A DNA stretch of 64,000 bases, from positions 608,001 through 672,000 of the forward strand of contig OY759316.1 of NCBI GenBank assembly GCA_963662275.1. Reading direction: 5' to 3'. Every line of letters starts with the position of its first letter. The first letter of the stretch is position 1. Source of the stretch: Candidatus Cloacimonadales bacterium. Lineage in GTDB: Bacteria > Cloacimonadota > Cloacimonadia > Cloacimonadales > DAONDQ01. Both the position numbers and the translations under genes were made by a program. Positions 51,371-59,367 of the stretch are shown here, piece after piece. A model generated the notes under the pieces. It saw nothing but the letters and a program-made list of their open reading frames with translations, was not told where the DNA came from and made no database searches.

Positions 51371-51401
51371 TTATTACAATGAGTGTTTTTAATACATACA
51401 C

Positions 51402-51430
51402 TAATGGACGGCTGTTGCTGCCGTCCATTA
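51402..51430. terminator. 11-bp hairpin downstream of the small ORF
   Basis: TAATGGACGGC / GCCGTCCATTA. Confidence 0.55.
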
Positions 51431-51462
51431 TGAAAGTTACTTTCTTTCTGTTCAGTTATATA

Positions 51463-51642
51463 TTAACCCTTATTTTGTAAGATAATTGGCTTTCCTTTTG
51501 TGACAAAAAGAATCCTGTCCAAAAGCCTTTGTTTCTCCAGTTGCCTTTGCTCAATGATTTGATCAGTCATTTTGATGATCATATCTTTTATCTGTTCATC
51601 AGTTAAAGATCTCTCATCACTTTGTCTGATTATCGTTTTCAT
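51463..51642 (-). CDS. 59-aa hypothetical protein
   Basis: GGAGGA RBS; MKTIIRQSDERSLTDEQIKDMIIKM...; below the ORF-track cutoff. Confidence 0.55.
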   Translation of the reverse strand: MKTIIRQSDERSLTDEQIKDMIIKMTDQIIEQRQLEKQRLLDRILFVTKGKPIILQNKG

Positions 51643-51656
51643 AATTCCTCCACATT

Positions 51657-52618
51657 CTACAAAATCGTAGGTGCTAAGACTTCGTCACAAGAAATATATC
51701 TAAATCCTTTTTTGTCAACAACTGCTAATTTAACTTGCCCGCCGACTGTTGGGATATCTTCCGTATATTTCTGAAAATCCATTTCTACTCGAAGCAGCAA
51801 GCAAGACAAATCAACTGCTTGTTGTAAACTTAATTCTCCGAGTTTTAAGATTTTTAAATCCTGTTGAATATCAGATACAGCTAGAATTTCTTCACTGATT
51901 TTGAGTAATTTCTCCTGCGATAATTCATAATCAGTAATATCCAACGTTTTGGTTATTATTGGAATAAGTTGTGGTATTAAATTCAACAATTTGAAATAAA
52001 AACCATAGAGAATACCTTCAGTGATCCCATATTGCCCATCATATACTACTGTCTGGAAATCAAGTCGTTGAATAAAACTGATTAGTTTATCATCCTCAAC
52101 TTGCATACCTGGCTGAGTATCATAAATCATGATTTGATACACTTCCGTTTTTTGAGATAATGGAGAGAAATTACTGATAATAAAAGTTGTGTAACCAACT
52201 GCATTGTTATTTGCGATGATTCTTTGATTTTCACTAATAGAAAATCTTTTAAATCAATGATTATCGTTTGTAAATCCATATTGCCGAATTGTGGATTTTG
52301 CCCGTTGATGTCTTTCTTTTCCTGTATCAATTCGGAGATTCTAATGTTGTTTATTCTTGCCGTGCCAGATGTGGTTATTGCAGTAAATTCATCATATTTA
52401 AAAAGCTTCTCTTCAAAATCTCGTGTGTGATGTGGTTTTTACTTAAAGAGATCCATAATTTCCTGTGGATCTAATGAAATTGGATTGGTTCCATTCTCTT
52501 TGTTTTACAATAAAGTGAAAAGGTCATTTTCTTCTATCACTCGAGTGAGTGATGTAACTCAAGAATCTGCTATAACTGCGAAACCATCTCTTGCTTTTAC
52601 TGTAGCTATAAATGTCAT
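51657..52618 (-). pseudogene. Disrupted Ntn-hydrolase / proteasome-beta-like gene
   Basis: GGAGG RBS; MTFIATVKARDGFAVIADS N-terminus and PTVGGQVKLAVV-K-GF C-terminus; three in-frame stops and a frameshift. Confidence 0.7.
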
Positions 52619-52778
52619 TTAATTCCTCCTTCACCGTCCCAAAATTAACTACTTATATAATACTAATCTTAAGAAAAATGTAAAGAGATTTTTACTCACT
52701 ATCTTTTCATGTAGCTCGACAAGCCCCCAAAGGTTACAAACCTTCGGGGAAAACATTATACGATCATATGGTACAATC

Positions 52779-52868
52779 GTTGGAACGCTGTTTTCAAACG
52801 GCTATGCTCTGCACTTCGGAATAGCCTAATAAATTAAGCGTTCCACCATTTGAAAATAGCGTTCCAAC
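52779..52868. repeat. Small inverted-repeat element with GGAACGC termini
   Basis: GTTGGAACGCTGTTTTCAAACGG...CCATTTGAAAATAGCGTTCCAAC; its left 31 bp recur exactly at 48789-48819. Confidence 0.75.
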
Positions 52869-52872
52869 AACA

Positions 52873-53038
52873 AATTCCCGTAGGGATGATAGATATTAAC
52901 ACTGGATTTCAATCCGGTGATATGACTGAAAATCTTCTAATTCCCATAGGGAAGAAAGATATTAACACTGGATTTCAATCCGGTGATATGAGACCCGGCA
53001 CTTTTCCTCTGAATCTCGCAGAGATGAAATCCCATAGC
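52873..53038. repeat. Tandem two-hairpin REP-like units; the third unit is interrupted by IS110
   Basis: TTCCC-RTA-GGGAW...CACTGGATTTCAATCCGGTG at 52873 and 52939; relatives at 49169-49240 and 58268-58356. Confidence 0.75.
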
Positions 53039-53120
53039 TTACTATAGGAAGGTTAGAAAATTAAGGTAGAAAAACCTCCCTCGTTGATATACATAGATCA
53101 AATCAACAAAGGAGGTAACA

Positions 53121-54398
53121 ATGATTACCACATCAAAATCTAACCCAAAGAGGTTTTTTGTCAACTCAGAAATGATGCTTGTTGGCATTGATATCAGCAA
53201 GCACAAACACAGTGTGTATTTTTGTGATTTTACAGGTGAACGGAAGCGTAAGCCATTTTTTATTACAAACAATCATGATGGTTTTCAGTATCTGCTAAAA
53301 GAAGCAGAACAGCAAAAGCGTTTGTGGAATCTGAACGAGATTGTATTTGGAATGGAACCAACAGGTTCATATGTAAAGCCACTCCAGTACTTCTTGGAAG
53401 AACGCTGCTATCAAATCCAAAGCATCAACCCATTACACACTAAAAGATGGAAGGATATTGAAGATAATCATCCATCCAAGAATGATTTGAAAGACAGTAT
53501 TATCATTACCTCTCTGTTAAGAATGGGCAAGAGCATCCATCATCGGAGACCTGAAGGTGTTTTCGCGGAGTTGAACAACTATGCAGCTTATTATCACCAG
53601 TTAATCACAGATATTCGCAGGCAGAGGAACTATCTGGAAGCCTCTTATGCCTGTTACTTTCCTGAATTGAGTAACTTTTTCAAATTTAACAGTACGGGAG
53701 TAATGTATATCATGGAGTGTTTTCCTCTTCCTCAGGATATCGTAAATGCAGGATATGAGAATTTTCTGAAGATTATGAAAACAAAAAGCAAAGGGTGCAT
53801 AGCTACAGAGAAGCTTCACAGTTTATATCAGGTATCTCTAACAAGTATTGGCATGAGTCAGGGAGCGGATAGTGCGAGAGTGGTCATAAATGCGATCTAT
53901 GAGGATATCAGCTATAAACAATACCATCTCAAACAAATCAAAACAGCAATCATGACATGTGTAGATAAAATCAGTTATGGATCGTTATTGGTGACAATAC
54001 CTGGTTTGAGTAAAGTATCAGTGGGGTTAATTCTGGCGGAGACTGGAGATATCAATCAATATGGTCGATATCAGGATTTAGTCAAACTTGCCGGATTGAG
54101 TTTAAAACACAATCAATCAGGAGAATACCATGGGCAATATCATATCTCTAAGGTAGGAAGAGTAAGGTTGCGAAGGATCTTGTATATGCTTACTCTGGAA
54201 ATGATTATAAACAATCAATTAATCAATCAGATATATAATTATCAAGTAAAAAAGCGAGGTAATAACAAGGTCAAAACTATCGTTTCTTTGAGCAGTAAAT
54301 TACTGGGAATCATGTACTCAATGGTTAAATATGAAAGGTCGTTTGATCCTGAACAGCGAAAGCTATATGCAGGTTATTTAACTGAAAATAATCAGTGA
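53121..54398 (+). CDS. IS110-family DEDD recombinase/transposase
   Basis: Protein identical to 7917-9194. Confidence 0.95.
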   Translation: MITTSKSNPKRFFVNSEMMLVGIDISKHKHSVYFCDFTGERKRKPFFITNNHDGFQYLLKEAEQQKRLWNLNEIVFGMEPTGSYVKPLQYFLEERCYQIQSINPLHTKRWKDIEDNHPSKNDLKDSIIITSLLRMGKSIHHRRPEGVFAELNNYAAYYHQLITDIRRQRNYLEASYACYFPELSNFFKFNSTGVMYIMECFPLPQDIVNAGYENFLKIMKTKSKGCIATEKLHSLYQVSLTSIGMSQGADSARVVINAIYEDISYKQYHLKQIKTAIMTCVDKISYGSLLVTIPGLSKVSVGLILAETGDINQYGRYQDLVKLAGLSLKHNQSGEYHGQYHISKVGRVRLRRILYMLTLEMIINNQLINQIYNYQVKKRGNNKVKTIVSLSSKLLGIMYSMVKYERSFDPEQRKLYAGYLTENNQ

Positions 54399-54441
54399 GC
54401 CAAGAAAAAAAAGTAGTCAAAAAATAATGGAGGTGTTTAGA

Positions 54442-54614
54442 TTGGTTCACTCGCCGGATGATGTAGTCATTAGGCACTAAGGCTTGTTTACAAGACCTTC
54501 TACCATAGCTCATTATAGCACACCGGCGGGTATTATCTCAGATAGGATAAAGTAAGAATAGGATACCATCAGAAGGTAATCCAGTATATCAGCAAGATCG
54601 GGATGTAGAACCAA
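54442..54614 (+). ncRNA. Predicted bridge/seek RNA of IS110 copy 2
   Basis: Same sequence as 9238-9410. Confidence 0.75.
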
Positions 54615-54825
54615 GAGAGCTTTGATAAGTAATATTCGATTTAATCATAGAATTCAGATCGAAAATCAGCGTCTCTGGAACCCTGCAATGACGCTTCGGT
54701 ACCCTACGCGTCATTGCAGGGTTCCAGAAAGCCAAGTACTATGAATATATTATAATATATAACTATCTAACTATATCAGCCTAACGTGTGAACGTCAGGT
54801 AACATATCCCCCAAACACCATTAGA

Positions 54826-56718
54826 GGAGATGTCCCGAAACTAGCATGATTTTATTTTCTTCTGTTGTAAAATATGTGATTGTTTTTACAGGCAAACTAA
54901 ATTACTCAATAGTTTCCGAAAAGCGATGCAAAGACAAGGAAAAACGGAGTAATATTTACCTAATTCATGTTTGAATTCTGGTAGGAAGAGTCTTCATCAG
55001 GCTTTTCCTTCAGTATTTTGTAAGTGCAGAAACATTTTCCCTATATTATGTCCTAAAAAGAGGAGGGATAACTGTTCCTTGCATTTTCTCAATGAACGGA
55101 CAGTAAATCTCTCAAACTTCCTGTTCCACTTCATGAAAGCAAATACAGCCTCCGGTTCGATGCCTCTTTGCTTTCTCAGCTTGTCGCCTTTTTCAGAAAG
55201 CAGATTATTGACTGTCTGACGTTTTAGTGGAGCTATATGAGGATCGTAGGTCAGTGATTTATGAGTTTTATCCTTGTAGGGAATACACTTTTTATTGTGA
55301 GGACATTCTCTGCAGTCATTACATATATAGGTTTTCACGATTCGTTTCGGACCGTTCTTCTCTGTCTCTTCTTCCTTGATTTTGACCAGTCTCCGATTAA
55401 ATTGACAGACCCACTCATCATGCTCCTCATCATAGCTGAAGCCTGTCAGAAGAGAGTCCCGATAATCTCTCTTATAATCCTGGGTCTTGAGATAGCTTGT
55501 TATCTCTTTTTCAGCAGCATAATTCAAATTCAGCGCAGTGCCATAGGCAGCATCTCCAACAACGTCGGTAGGATATTGTCCCAATTCATCATGCATTTGC
55601 TCCATGAGATTGGGAAATTCAACGGTTTCTTTAGGGATATTGAATAAGTGAATGCCTGTGACAAATTGCTCTGAAGTTCCGATACTGGCAACATAACCCG
55701 GTGCCAGCTGTCCATTTTTCAATCGCATAAATGTGGCATCATTATCAGTCTTGGATGTGCTGCTGCGTCCTTCTCCAATTATCTCAAGCTGTTGCTCATA
55801 TTTCTCCAGCTTAGTTATATCATTGCTCTTTGATTTGGAGATTTCGCGCAAAAGAGATTTGATTTTCTTGATAGCCCGAGTATCTGACGGATGATTTTTC
55901 TGTAGTCGGGACATTGCTTCTTTCAGCTTGTTTTCTGCTGAGACCAGTCTATCTCTGATCTGTTCAGATGCGACTGTAGCAGTTTTCTCTGATTCAACCG
56001 CATGCAATTGCTCACCAAGCTCAAGAAGATCAGCGGTTCCATATTGCTGTTGCTCTTCCTGATTATATTCCTCGATCTTTTTAAACAATCCCTCAACTCG
56101 TGTCTTGACCAGTTCCTGATAACGAAGCGCATTGCTTTTCCAGATGTAGGAATTCTTGCCGGCATTTGCGTGAATCGTCGTCCCGTCAACAAAACAGGTG
56201 TCGAGATCAAGATATCCTAATGATGATGCTTTCAGTACTACCTGATAAAATACATCAATAAGAATATCAGAACACTTAGTCCAGGCAAAGGTGTTGATCG
56301 TTCTGAAATCAGGTTCCTGTTCTCCTGCCAGCCAGATAAAATTGATGTTCTCCCGAACAGCCTTAGCTATCTTCCGACAGGTATAAATACCATTGATATA
56401 GGCATACACAATGATCTTCAACATCATCTTGGGATGATAAGCAGGTGTACCTTCATCAGAGTATCTTGTGTATAGCTCAGATAAGTCCAGTTGCTCAACG
56501 ACATCGTTAACATAACGAACCATGTGCTGGGGAGGTATTCTCTCTTCAATATTAAGTCCATAGAGTGTCCCCTGATTCGGATTGTGCTCTCTGAAATTCA
56601 TAATTCTCTCTATGCTTAGTTTTTAAAGGCAACAATACACCCTATAACAATATGTCAAGTAATATGATTAATATTTAATAGTTGCTATTTTTCTATCATT
56701 TAGTTTCGGGACATCTCC
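54826..56718 (-). mobile_element. IS1182-family element, copy B (opposite orientation to copy A)
   Basis: Same 18-bp IRs; at least two synonymous differences from copy A. Confidence 0.92.
54997..56601 (-). CDS. IS1182-family transposase
   Basis: Protein identical to 49358-50962. Confidence 0.93.
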   Translation of the reverse strand: MNFREHNPNQGTLYGLNIEERIPPQHMVRYVNDVVEQLDLSELYTRYSDEGTPAYHPKMMLKIIVYAYINGIYTCRKIAKAVRENINFIWLAGEQEPDFRTINTFAWTKCSDILIDVFYQVVLKASSLGYLDLDTCFVDGTTIHANAGKNSYIWKSNALRYQELVKTRVEGLFKKIEEYNQEEQQQYGTADLLELGEQLHAVESEKTATVASEQIRDRLVSAENKLKEAMSRLQKNHPSDTRAIKKIKSLLREISKSKSNDITKLEKYEQQLEIIGEGRSSTSKTDNDATFMRLKNGQLAPGYVASIGTSEQFVTGIHLFNIPKETVEFPNLMEQMHDELGQYPTDVVGDAAYGTALNLNYAAEKEITSYLKTQDYKRDYRDSLLTGFSYDEEHDEWVCQFNRRLVKIKEEETEKNGPKRIVKTYICNDCRECPHNKKCIPYKDKTHKSLTYDPHIAPLKRQTVNNLLSEKGDKLRKQRGIEPEAVFAFMKWNRKFERFTVRSLRKCKEQLSLLFLGHNIGKMFLHLQNTEGKA

Positions 56719-56741
56719 GACATAAATAGCTTAATTTGTTC

Positions 56742-57188
56742 TTATTTGTTATCTTTCTGATCAATCTTCGCTTTCATTAAGGCTGGTAAATTAATTGTTG
56801 GTAATGTATATCTGCCATAAATTCCAAATGAGCTCACATTCCACAAGTAGCCCCGTACTGAATTCAATGTGATTTGAACTGCTGAATTGATTAGACCACT
56901 TTTTTGTTCAGGATTCTCATCAATAATATTCAAATCAAAACGTGAAACAGCCTTTATAGCAACGGAATATCCTGGAAGTTTTTCTTTTATGCAATTCACT
57001 TTTATTCCTATCACAATTCTGAATTCATTCGATTCCTTATTTTGGAACAGGTCAAAATCAATATCCAATGGAAGGTCTTTCAAAGCTTGAGATGATTTGA
57101 GAGCTTTCTCAACAGGAAAGATGGATTCAAGGTTACACGTAAGAACGACAAAGTCCTTTAACTCTAATTCAGATCGTAGAATATCCAT
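56742..57188 (-). CDS. SecB-like chaperone (TAC third component)
   Basis: Beta-strand-rich N-terminus, then NSAVQITLNSVRGYLWNVSS...YTLPTINL, a SecB-type C-terminal pattern; follows the antitoxin. Confidence 0.75.
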   Translation of the reverse strand: MDILRSELELKDFVVLTCNLESIFPVEKALKSSQALKDLPLDIDFDLFQNKESNEFRIVIGIKVNCIKEKLPGYSVAIKAVSRFDLNIIDENPEQKSGLINSAVQITLNSVRGYLWNVSSFGIYGRYTLPTINLPALMKAKIDQKDNK

Positions 57189-57191
57189 GAA

Positions 57192-57662
57192 TTACCCCTG
57201 CCCATTAAAGATGACAGTACGTTTTGACAATTTTTTGAATTTATATTGGTCACTCGGTTCTACTACTTCTGCAACTTTATCCATTTGTTTCCATAGATTA
57301 TCATTAACGGGCTTCATGTCACAGAATGTAGAATACAAAGGAGGATTGATCTTGATAAATACATTTAGATTCAGTTTCTTTTTCAGAGTAGCTAAAGTTT
57401 CCAAGTTAATGATCTTGTTGCAACTGAATAGCTGGCTAATATAGGATTTTGAAACTCCTAATTTTTCTGCAAGGTCGTTCCTGTTCATGTTGTTTTCTTT
57501 GAGATAGAAATCAATCTGTTCCATAATAATAGAATTCATGATCATTGTTTCAACTTCGATTTGTTCTTCCAAGTTAGAAGTATCAATCAGATTTGCCAGC
57601 TTATTTTGCAGTTCTATATTTTTACCATGTGATTTCATAATCGTACTCCGCAATTGAACCAA
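57192..57662 (-). CDS. HTH-XRE (HigA-like) antitoxin with C-terminal extension
   Basis: MNRNDLAEKLGVSKSYISQL HTH followed by a ~50-aa tail. The likely start is MKSHGK at 57638. Confidence 0.8.
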   Translation of the reverse strand: MVQLRSTIMKSHGKNIELQNKLANLIDTSNLEEQIEVETMIMNSIIMEQIDFYLKENNMNRNDLAEKLGVSKSYISQLFSCNKIINLETLATLKKKLNLNVFIKINPPLYSTFCDMKPVNDNLWKQMDKVAEVVEPSDQYKFKKLSKRTVIFNGQG

Positions 57663-58047
57663 GTATGTTTTTCAGTTTCTTATCCACGTCTTCCGATTTT
57701 TTATGATAACCGAAAGCCATTATCACTTTCTTTTGTGTTTGTGCCGGATTGAAGAATTCTCTGCAATAAATTCTGAAATTCTGACCTTTACCGGTTTTGA
57801 ACTTCATAGCATAAATTCCCTTTGTTTTTCCTGATATACTCTCATCACCATAAAAATCATCATTATATGATTTAACACCCTTCAAAACCCAGTATAGTAT
57901 CATTTGAAACCTTGTCATATATTGAGTGATTATTGACAAAATCTCCTCAGAATTCTCTATATCCATATATACTCTTACCCGGGTATCTGCAATCTGATGC
58001 TCTCTGCGATAAGAATCTAAGTTAACTTCTGTGTAACTACGTTCCAT
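57622..58047 (-). CDS. RelE/HigB-like toxin
   Basis: KGIYAMKFK...NFRIYC...VIMAFGYHKKS; overlaps the antitoxin; imperfect palindrome AGTTAACC-CATA-GGTAAACT at 58049-58068. Confidence 0.7.
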   Translation of the reverse strand: MERSYTEVNLDSYRREHQIADTRVRVYMDIENSEEILSIITQYMTRFQMILYWVLKGVKSYNDDFYGDESISGKTKGIYAMKFKTGKGQNFRIYCREFFNPAQTQKKVIMAFGYHKKSEDVDKKLKNILGSIAEYDYEITW

Positions 58048-58126
58048 AAGTTAACCCATAGGTAAACTCGTCAAGCAATAATTTAACTGACATTCTTCCC
58101 TCCTGCAAATTAAAATATATATTCAT

Positions 58127-58225
58127 TCATTTCATATACGGACACCAGGCAGCTCCCAAAACCATAGACTTCTGCCTATCATGCTCTAAATGACATGACT
58201 CATCACAATAGATGTTGTAGATCAT
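58127..58225 (-). pseudogene. 5' stub of a DUF3800-like gene
   Basis: GGAG RBS then MIYNIYCDESCHLEHDRQKSMVLGAAWCPYMK*. Confidence 0.65.
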
Positions 58226-58369
58226 AGATGCTCCATTTTCAAATAATTAGAATGCATTCTAATATTAAATCCTGTAAGGATGGCAGAAGATAACCCATAG
58301 CGTGAGCTATGGGTGGCGAAATCCCAAGACCCTTAGAACCCCGCCAGGGGTGACAGAAACCAATCATCA

Positions 58370-59311
58370 TCAAGGATAAATACCTAATCTAACACATTCT
58401 TCAGGACTTGGAACCATACACATATCAATCTGTGAAATCTTGTTATTCATGATCTTGATAAGCATGGTTGCTGATAAATAAATTTTTGTGCCTTGTGCAA
58501 TGACCAAACAATAATCATTTTCTCCACCATGACGAGCCAATTCAGCAAAAACATGAGTTGTACTTTTTCTAATCGCTTCAAATTTATGAGATAGATAATC
58601 TACAAATGTTACTTTACTATGCATTTCATCAAAAACCCATTGCGATGTATATCTTATGTCCTCAGCTAAATACGGTTGAAGTACTGAAATATCCAAGTTA
58701 TTGAATGACTTTGCAACAATGATACATGCGTCTATTAGGCTTAAACTCGAGTTATTGCTGGCTGTTCTTTTTAATTTACAATCACCTGTCGTACCCATAT
58801 AGAATTTCTTCCCTGTTTCTCTTTCCCGATAAACTGCAACTGAATCATCAGTCCCAATGAATTCGAACTTCTTTACGAACTTATCATTTTCACAAAAAGT
58901 ATAATTATGACTTAGTGAATTCTCAAAGACCCATCCATCTGGTGTAAAAACACGTTTTTCTTTGGTATTTTTCATAATACATGCCGATATTCTTTTATCT
59001 GGATCACCTTCCCAATTAATATGTCCAAATTCTGCCCAATCACAACTAATTGTAAAACCGCGCTGCTGATCGACTACTGCCATATCAATCGTTTTCCCAT
59101 CCCTTTGAAAGACTAATCCTTTGCTTTCCAAGAAATGAACATATTTTTCAATAAACTCAGGTGACATAAATCCAACTCTTGCTATTTCTGAATCGCAACA
59201 GAGTGTTTGATTAGGAACATCTGTTTTAAACTGTTCCCATCCTCCAGGATATTGAATCTGAATCACTTCAAGTTTGATTATTAAAGATATTCCCTCAATT
59301 AAGACAGCCAT
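58370..59311 (-). CDS. Hypothetical two-domain protein (C-terminal NTF2/SnoaL-like)
   Basis: 313-aa ORF with RBS; AKSFNNLD---L--YLAEDI-Y pattern. Confidence 0.6.
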   Translation of the reverse strand: MAVLIEGISLIIKLEVIQIQYPGGWEQFKTDVPNQTLCCDSEIARVGFMSPEFIEKYVHFLESKGLVFQRDGKTIDMAVVDQQRGFTISCDWAEFGHINWEGDPDKRISACIMKNTKEKRVFTPDGWVFENSLSHNYTFCENDKFVKKFEFIGTDDSVAVYRERETGKKFYMGTTGDCKLKRTASNNSSLSLIDACIIVAKSFNNLDISVLQPYLAEDIRYTSQWVFDEMHSKVTFVDYLSHKFEAIRKSTTHVFAELARHGGENDYCLVIAQGTKIYLSATMLIKIMNNKISQIDMCMVPSPEECVRLGIYP

Positions 59312-59367
59312 AATTCTCCCCTATATTATTAATCACTTCTTAAAATGAATAATGTCACTGATTCTAA

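Larger units (their letters stand above)
53036..54780 (+). mobile_element. IS110-family element, copy 2
   Basis: Matches 7832-9576; junctions CCCAT-AGC|TTACT and TATC-AGC|CTAACG. Confidence 0.92.

Noticed and set aside
52559..52561. TGA recoding (selenocysteine or alternative code) in the Ntn-like gene
   Set aside because: The same frame also has TAA stops and a frameshift, and TGA is a normal stop for other genes here.
49241..56718. Composite transposon bounded by inverted IS1182 copies
   Set aside because: Each copy sits in its own homologous site with same-sense flanks, which fits separate insertions better; no distinctive outer TSD.
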